A stretch of DNA of 64,000 nt. Origin: an uncultured Rhodospirillales bacterium (GTDB taxonomy: Bacteria; Pseudomonadota; Alphaproteobacteria; JAWKYA01). The position numbers were made by a program, and so were the translations under genes. The stretch is taken from assembly GCA_964397465.1 (NCBI GenBank), contig CAYNIC010000011.1:3503-67502 (forward strand). The letters are read 5' to 3'. The notes beneath the pieces are model-generated. The model was not told the origin of the DNA and did not search any database. It worked only from the letters and a program-made list of their open reading frames with translations. Every line of letters starts with the position of its first letter. The stretch's first letter is position 1. Below are positions 58,371-64,000 of the stretch, piece after piece.

Positions 58371-59096
58371 TCATTCCCCGCAGTCTTGATAGTCGGGATG
58401 GCGGCACTTCAGCAGCATGATGTTAGCTTCAGCAAGTTGCGACGGCGAAAGCCGCTGCTTTAAAGCTGGGTAATTTTTCGCTGCATTAGAATCTTTATCG
58501 GCGCTAAGACTGAACCACATATAGGCACGGGCGAGATTGGATTTAACACCATAGCCATCACGATAGATCACGCCGAGATTATTTTGTGCCTGGGCGTCGC
58601 TCTGCTTTGCGGACAACAAAAACCATTTCCGCGCCTCTACATAGTTTTTGGGCGTGCCTTGGCCCAGCCAATGCATCTGGGCGACCTGGAATTGAGCGTC
58701 GGGATTACCCCATAAGGCGGCCAGGCGAAACCACTTCAAAGCTTCCCGATAATCTTGGGGAACACCGGTCCCGTTTTTGTATAGCACCCCCAGATTGCTC
58801 TGCGCCATTACGTTTCCTGTTTCGGCGGCCAGGGTGTACCATCGGATGGCTTCGTTATAATCTTGTGGCACACCTTCGCCATTGCTGTAGGCACGGCCAA
58901 GATTATACTGCGCCATGGCATCACTTGTTTGCGCCAAGGTTCGCCAAATGGAGACAGCGGTTTGGAAATCACCCCGTTGAGAAGCAGCATAGGCCTCTTC
59001 CATCGGTGTCGCTGCTAAGCCGGGACGTGCGAGAAAAACAAGCGCGATTAAATATACAAAAGTAATCAACATCCGCCGCTGAAGACGTTTTGTCAT
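58371..59096 (-). CDS. Sel1-repeat protein (secreted), tandem paralog
   Basis: Sel1 repeats. C-terminal CRHPDYQDCGE. Start ambiguous (59156 or 59096). Confidence 0.7.
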   Translation of the reverse strand: MTKRLQRRMLITFVYLIALVFLARPGLAATPMEEAYAASQRGDFQTAVSIWRTLAQTSDAMAQYNLGRAYSNGEGVPQDYNEAIRWYTLAAETGNVMAQSNLGVLYKNGTGVPQDYREALKWFRLAALWGNPDAQFQVAQMHWLGQGTPKNYVEARKWFLLSAKQSDAQAQNNLGVIYRDGYGVKSNLARAYMWFSLSADKDSNAAKNYPALKQRLSPSQLAEANIMLLKCRHPDYQDCGE

Positions 59097-59261
59097 GTCG
59101 ATGTCGGGTGTAGCGGAGCGAAAAGCTGTTCTCATCCTGACCCCTTGACAATGCACTTGCCATTAACAAACGTATATCGAGTAAAATATTATAGTATGCT
59201 ACTATAAATTATAAGATCAAGAAAAGCGTTTTTAAGAGGTGATAACTTCGCAGTAACAAAA

Positions 59262-59295
59262 AGGCACCGTGGTTGCGGTGCCCTTTAGTCATGCC
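59262..59295 (-). terminator. rho-independent terminator of the 5'-nucleotidase gene
   Basis: GGCACCG-tggttg-CGGTGCC with a T-run on the minus strand. Confidence 0.6.
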
Positions 59296-59307
59296 ATCAG
59301 TATAAGC

Positions 59308-59342
59308 CTAGTCGGCTCTTGTGATCCGCCCTTCGACCTTGG
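59308..59342 (+). repeat. 35-bp direct repeat copy B (equals the last 10 codons plus stop of the 5'-nucleotidase gene)
   Basis: Identical to 57703-57737. Encodes ...VEGRITRAD*. Confidence 0.75.
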
Positions 59343-60945
59343 GCTCGACCGCGCCGCCTTGCTGCGATTTGATGTAATCGCGCAGCACGTCTTCAAGATT
59401 GGCGCCGCCGTCGCGAACGTCGGTCGCCTTGGTCTTGAACATGGCGTAACCGTCACCACCAGTGCGAACGAAATCATTGGTGACAATGCGATAGCTGGCT
59501 TTGGTGTCGAGCGGTTTGTAGCTGCCGTCGGCTTGGCGGATCTCCACCTTGGTGATGCGCTTGCCGGCGGGCTGTTTGGCCGACCAGGTATAGCGGGCGC
59601 CGGCAACCTGGGCGAAACGTCCGGTGCCTTCGTTCTTGGCATCCTCAGCCTTGCTGACGCCGTTTTCCAACGCGGCCCACAACTCGGCACCCGTTAGTTT
59701 GAAAGTCGAGACAGTATTGGAGAACGGAAGAACCTCCAGCACGTTGCCAAAAGTAATCTGACCTTTGGGAATGCTGGTGCGGATGCCGCCGCCGTTTTGG
59801 ATGGCGACTTGCGTGCCTTCGTTCTTGGTCTTCCACAGCAAACTGTCGGCGATCAAATTGCCGAGATTGCATTCGACGTGACGGCAAACGGCGCGATCAC
59901 CGTTCAGCTCGACCTTGGCTTCGCCGACGGCCTGGGTGCGCAGCTCGGCCAAGGGCTTCGCCATCTCGTTGACCATGGCCTGGACGGCGGCATCTTGAGG
60001 AACGGATGAATCCAGCAAGATCGGGTTGCCTTCCCATTTCGTCAGCACGCCGTTGTTGTCGAAGGTCGCATCCAAGTGACCCAGGAAGATGCTGGCGTAA
60101 TAAGCCTGCACGATCAGCGATGGGGCGCCCGATGGTTGCTTGACCACGATCGGATATTTGCCTTCCGCCGCCGCATCGGTATTCGACAATAGCGTGTGGC
60201 TGTGGCCGCCGACGAAAATGTCGACGCCGTCGACCGTCTTCGCCAATTTTTCGTCCTCGGCTTCGCCGATATGGGACAGCACGATGATCTTGTTGATCTT
60301 GGCCGCCTTCATTTTATTGACCTCGGCTTGCAAGGTCTGCTTCAGCGGCAAGAACTTCACCTTACCCGGGCTGGCCAGGGTTGGCGTATCGGGCGTGACC
60401 AAGCCGATGACACCAATGGATTGGCCGCCGACCTCGATCACCATGCTGGGCGCAAACCGCCGTTGCAGGGAGGGTTCTTGATCGACATTGACGTTGGCGG
60501 TCAGGAGCGGCGGCTGCAACCCGTCAAAAAACTTGGCAATTTCAGGCACACCGTCGTCAAACTCGTGGTTGCCGAAGATGATGGCGTCATAGCCCATACG
60601 ATTGACGAACGGCTTGAGGGCGTCGCCTTTGGCCTTGGTATAGAAGAGCGATCCTTGGAAGCGATCGCCGGCATCCAGCACCAAGACGTTGGGGGCGCTG
60701 GCGCGAAGTTCCTGAATCTTGGAATAGATCCGCGCATAACCGCCAAAGCATTTTTTGTCGGTCGCGTCCTTCGGTGTGCAGTAGCTGCCCGAGCGCGTGA
60801 CTTGGTCCACCCGCGCGTGAACGTCATTGGTGTGCAGAATACGAAGTGTATAGTCCTGGGCGCCGGCACTCATAGAGATGCTGAAGGCGCCGATAGATAA
60901 AGCCAAAGTCGCCGGTGCGACCGCAGCGCGTAATAAAGTAAACAT
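59308..60945 (-). CDS. bifunctional 5'-nucleotidase/UDP-sugar hydrolase-family metallophosphoesterase (periplasmic)
   Basis: Signal peptide. Calcineurin-like motifs (ILHTNDVHAR, GDRFQGS, GNHEFD). 5'-nucleotidase C-terminal domain. Confidence 0.8.
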   Translation of the reverse strand: MFTLLRAAVAPATLALSIGAFSISMSAGAQDYTLRILHTNDVHARVDQVTRSGSYCTPKDATDKKCFGGYARIYSKIQELRASAPNVLVLDAGDRFQGSLFYTKAKGDALKPFVNRMGYDAIIFGNHEFDDGVPEIAKFFDGLQPPLLTANVNVDQEPSLQRRFAPSMVIEVGGQSIGVIGLVTPDTPTLASPGKVKFLPLKQTLQAEVNKMKAAKINKIIVLSHIGEAEDEKLAKTVDGVDIFVGGHSHTLLSNTDAAAEGKYPIVVKQPSGAPSLIVQAYYASIFLGHLDATFDNNGVLTKWEGNPILLDSSVPQDAAVQAMVNEMAKPLAELRTQAVGEAKVELNGDRAVCRHVECNLGNLIADSLLWKTKNEGTQVAIQNGGGIRTSIPKGQITFGNVLEVLPFSNTVSTFKLTGAELWAALENGVSKAEDAKNEGTGRFAQVAGARYTWSAKQPAGKRITKVEIRQADGSYKPLDTKASYRIVTNDFVRTGGDGYAMFKTKATDVRDGGANLEDVLRDYIKSQQGGAVEPKVEGRITRAD

Positions 60946-61130
60946 GATTTTTTCCCCTCATCTTAAGGCCGCATCCCCTCTCGGTCGGCCTCGCGTGTGC
61001 CGACCCTAGCAGCCTTTAAAGAGGTCGTCACCCCAACTCCAATCTCGGCTTTGATCTGGGCTCTGATCTGGGTCGTGATCACGGAACTTCATTTTGCCGC
61101 GTTAAGGCGGGTTGCGAGGTTGCGCCGACC

Positions 61131-61810
61131 GTGTTAGACACCGCCCAACTGGGTCGATTGCAGGCGCTTTGCCTTGGCGTCTCGCCGTTTTTTTTGGGGC
61201 GTTGTGCCGCTTTCAGGCCCAAAGACACCAAATGTGGGGATAAGTCGGACGTGGCTGCCGAAGGCTCGGGTTCAAACGCTATAGCGCGCCGATATGCGGC
61301 GGCATTATTCGATCTTGCGGGTGACCGTAAGGTCCTGGACGCTGTGGCTGCGGATCTTAAGGCCTTAAAGGCAGCTTTGGGGACAAGCGAGGATCTGCGA
61401 CGCCTGGTCGCAAGCCCGATGATTTCCCGGGCCGACCAAGCCAAGGCGGTGGATGCCTTGGCGGTACGGGCCAAGGCCCACGACCTGACCCGGAATTTTT
61501 TGGGCCTTCTGGCCCGGAACCGTCGCTTGGGTACCCTGAATGCGACGATCAACGGATTTCTGGCCAAATTGGCCGAGGCTCGCGGTGAAGAAACCGCTGA
61601 AGTAACAACAGCAAAGCCGCTCTCCGACGCGCAACGCGCTATGGTAACGGCCAGCTTGAAACAGGCAGTCGGCCGCGCCGTAACGGTGACGGAAACTGTC
61701 GACCCCGCCATTCTTGGCGGGCTGATCGTTAAGGTGGGCAGTCGAATGGTCGACGGTTCGCTGAAGTCGAAACTGCAAAGACTCGAACGCGCGATGAAAG
61801 GGAACGGCTG

Positions 61811-61811
<1 letters not shown>
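61131..61811 (+). CDS. atpH: F0F1 ATP synthase delta subunit (true start probably internal, near 61250)
   Basis: OSCP/delta family sequence ([13 protein letters not shown]...). Immediately precedes atpA with an ATGA overlap. Confidence 0.8.
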
Positions 61812-63340
<1,529 letters not shown>

Positions 63341-63363
63341 CCGGTAGAGGAAGAGATCAGCCG

Positions 63364-64000
63364 ATGAGTCTGAAGGACCTGCGCAACCGGATCAAAACCA
63401 CCAAGTCGACGCGGCGGATCACCTCGGCGATGAAGATGGTGTCGGCGGCCAAGCTGCGCCGGGCGCAGGACTTGGCCGAGGCGGCGCGTCCTTATGCAAC
63501 CCGGATGGAGCGGATGCTGGGCTCGCTGGCTGGTGGATTGAAAGGTGCGGCGGGTGCGCCGAAGCTTTTGGCCGGCACCGGTAAAAGCGATACGCATCTT
63601 TTGGTTCTCATCACCTCTGATCGCGGTTTGTGCGGCGGCTTCAACAGCACCATCGTGCGGTGGACGCGGCGCCGGGTGCGCGAATTGGAAGGCGCCGGGC
63701 AGAAAGTTCAGATCTATGGCATCGGCCGCAAGGCGGGTCAGATTCTGCGCCGCGATTTAGGCCGGCTGTTTGTGGCCTCCAAGGAAGAAGTCTCGAAGCC
63801 AGCACCCAGCTTTGCCGCAGCATCGGCGATCGCCGAAGAAATTCGCGCCATGTTCGACGCCGGGCAGTTCGATACTTGCACGGTCGTCTACAACAAATTC
63901 GTCTCGGCGTTGACGCAGGTCACCACGCCGCAGCAGCTGATCCCGTTTGCACCGCCTGCCGAAGAGACGGGCAAAAAAGGCGGCGCGGTTGCAGCTGTCG
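63364..64000 (+). CDS. atpG: F0F1 ATP synthase gamma subunit (5' part, runs off the window)
   Basis: MSLKDLRNRIKTTKSTRRITSAMKMVSAAKLRRAQ is the typical AtpG N-terminus. Confidence 0.9.
   Translation, partial: MSLKDLRNRIKTTKSTRRITSAMKMVSAAKLRRAQDLAEAARPYATRMERMLGSLAGGLKGAAGAPKLLAGTGKSDTHLLVLITSDRGLCGGFNSTIVRWTRRRVRELEGAGQKVQIYGIGRKAGQILRRDLGRLFVASKEEVSKPAPSFAAASAIAEEIRAMFDAGQFDTCTVVYNKFVSALTQVTTPQQLIPFAPPAEETGKKGGAVAAV

Overview
High-GC (about 62%) chromosomal segment that looks alphaproteobacterial. The evidence is a ChvI/ChvG-HprK-RapZ-EIIA-HPr-EI cluster, a GTTC-N7-GTTC LexA-type box and a dense GANTC (CcrM-site) cluster.

Core genes, left to right:
- kdtA (3' part) and a lysophospholipid acyltransferase.
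- A five-gene Liv-type ABC amino-acid transporter operon and an alpha/beta hydrolase.
- chvI-chvG-hprK-rapZ-EIIA(Man)-HPr-EI.
- pncA, a pirin-family protein and a Sel1-repeat protein.
- ctaA, korAB (2-oxoglutarate:ferredoxin oxidoreductase) and an adrenodoxin-reductase-type ferredoxin-NADP reductase.
- ynfA, usg, then CIRCE-groES-groEL.
- A HAD-IIA hydrolase, a degenerate EAL membrane protein and a DUF952::pyrD fusion.
- Further right: an IlvE-like aminotransferase, a VOC protein, a DinG-family helicase, two tandem Sel1 paralogs, a 5'-nucleotidase and the start of atpHAG.

Accessory content:
1. An approximately 16-kb minus-strand phage-like element (about 32.3-48.9 kb). It has T7-type podovirus gene order: regulators, portal, scaffold, capsid, tail tubular proteins A and B, tail fiber, large terminase, then endolysin and holin. 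Many genes overlap and are translationally coupled. A consensus sigma70 late promoter lies upstream of the structural genes, and a divergent LexA-like S24 repressor lies next to an alpha-type SOS box. The window shows no integrase, replication genes, phage RNA polymerase or T7 internal core proteins (gp14-16). This suggests a domesticated or defective element, and a GTA-like phage-derived particle is a possibility. An AT-rich RelA/SpoT-domain gene (toxSAS-like with a C-terminal extension) sits beside its lysis module.
2. A 3.4-kb AT-rich island (about 35% GC) encoding a HEPN-like (Rx4H) protein, a membrane-anchored WYL-domain protein and a three-gene minus-strand cassette bracketed by about 80-bp diverged direct repeats.
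3. Two tandem Sel1-repeat genes flanked by an exact 35-bp direct repeat that copies the 3' end of the neighbouring 5'-nucleotidase gene.

No rRNA, tRNA or CRISPR array was recognised.
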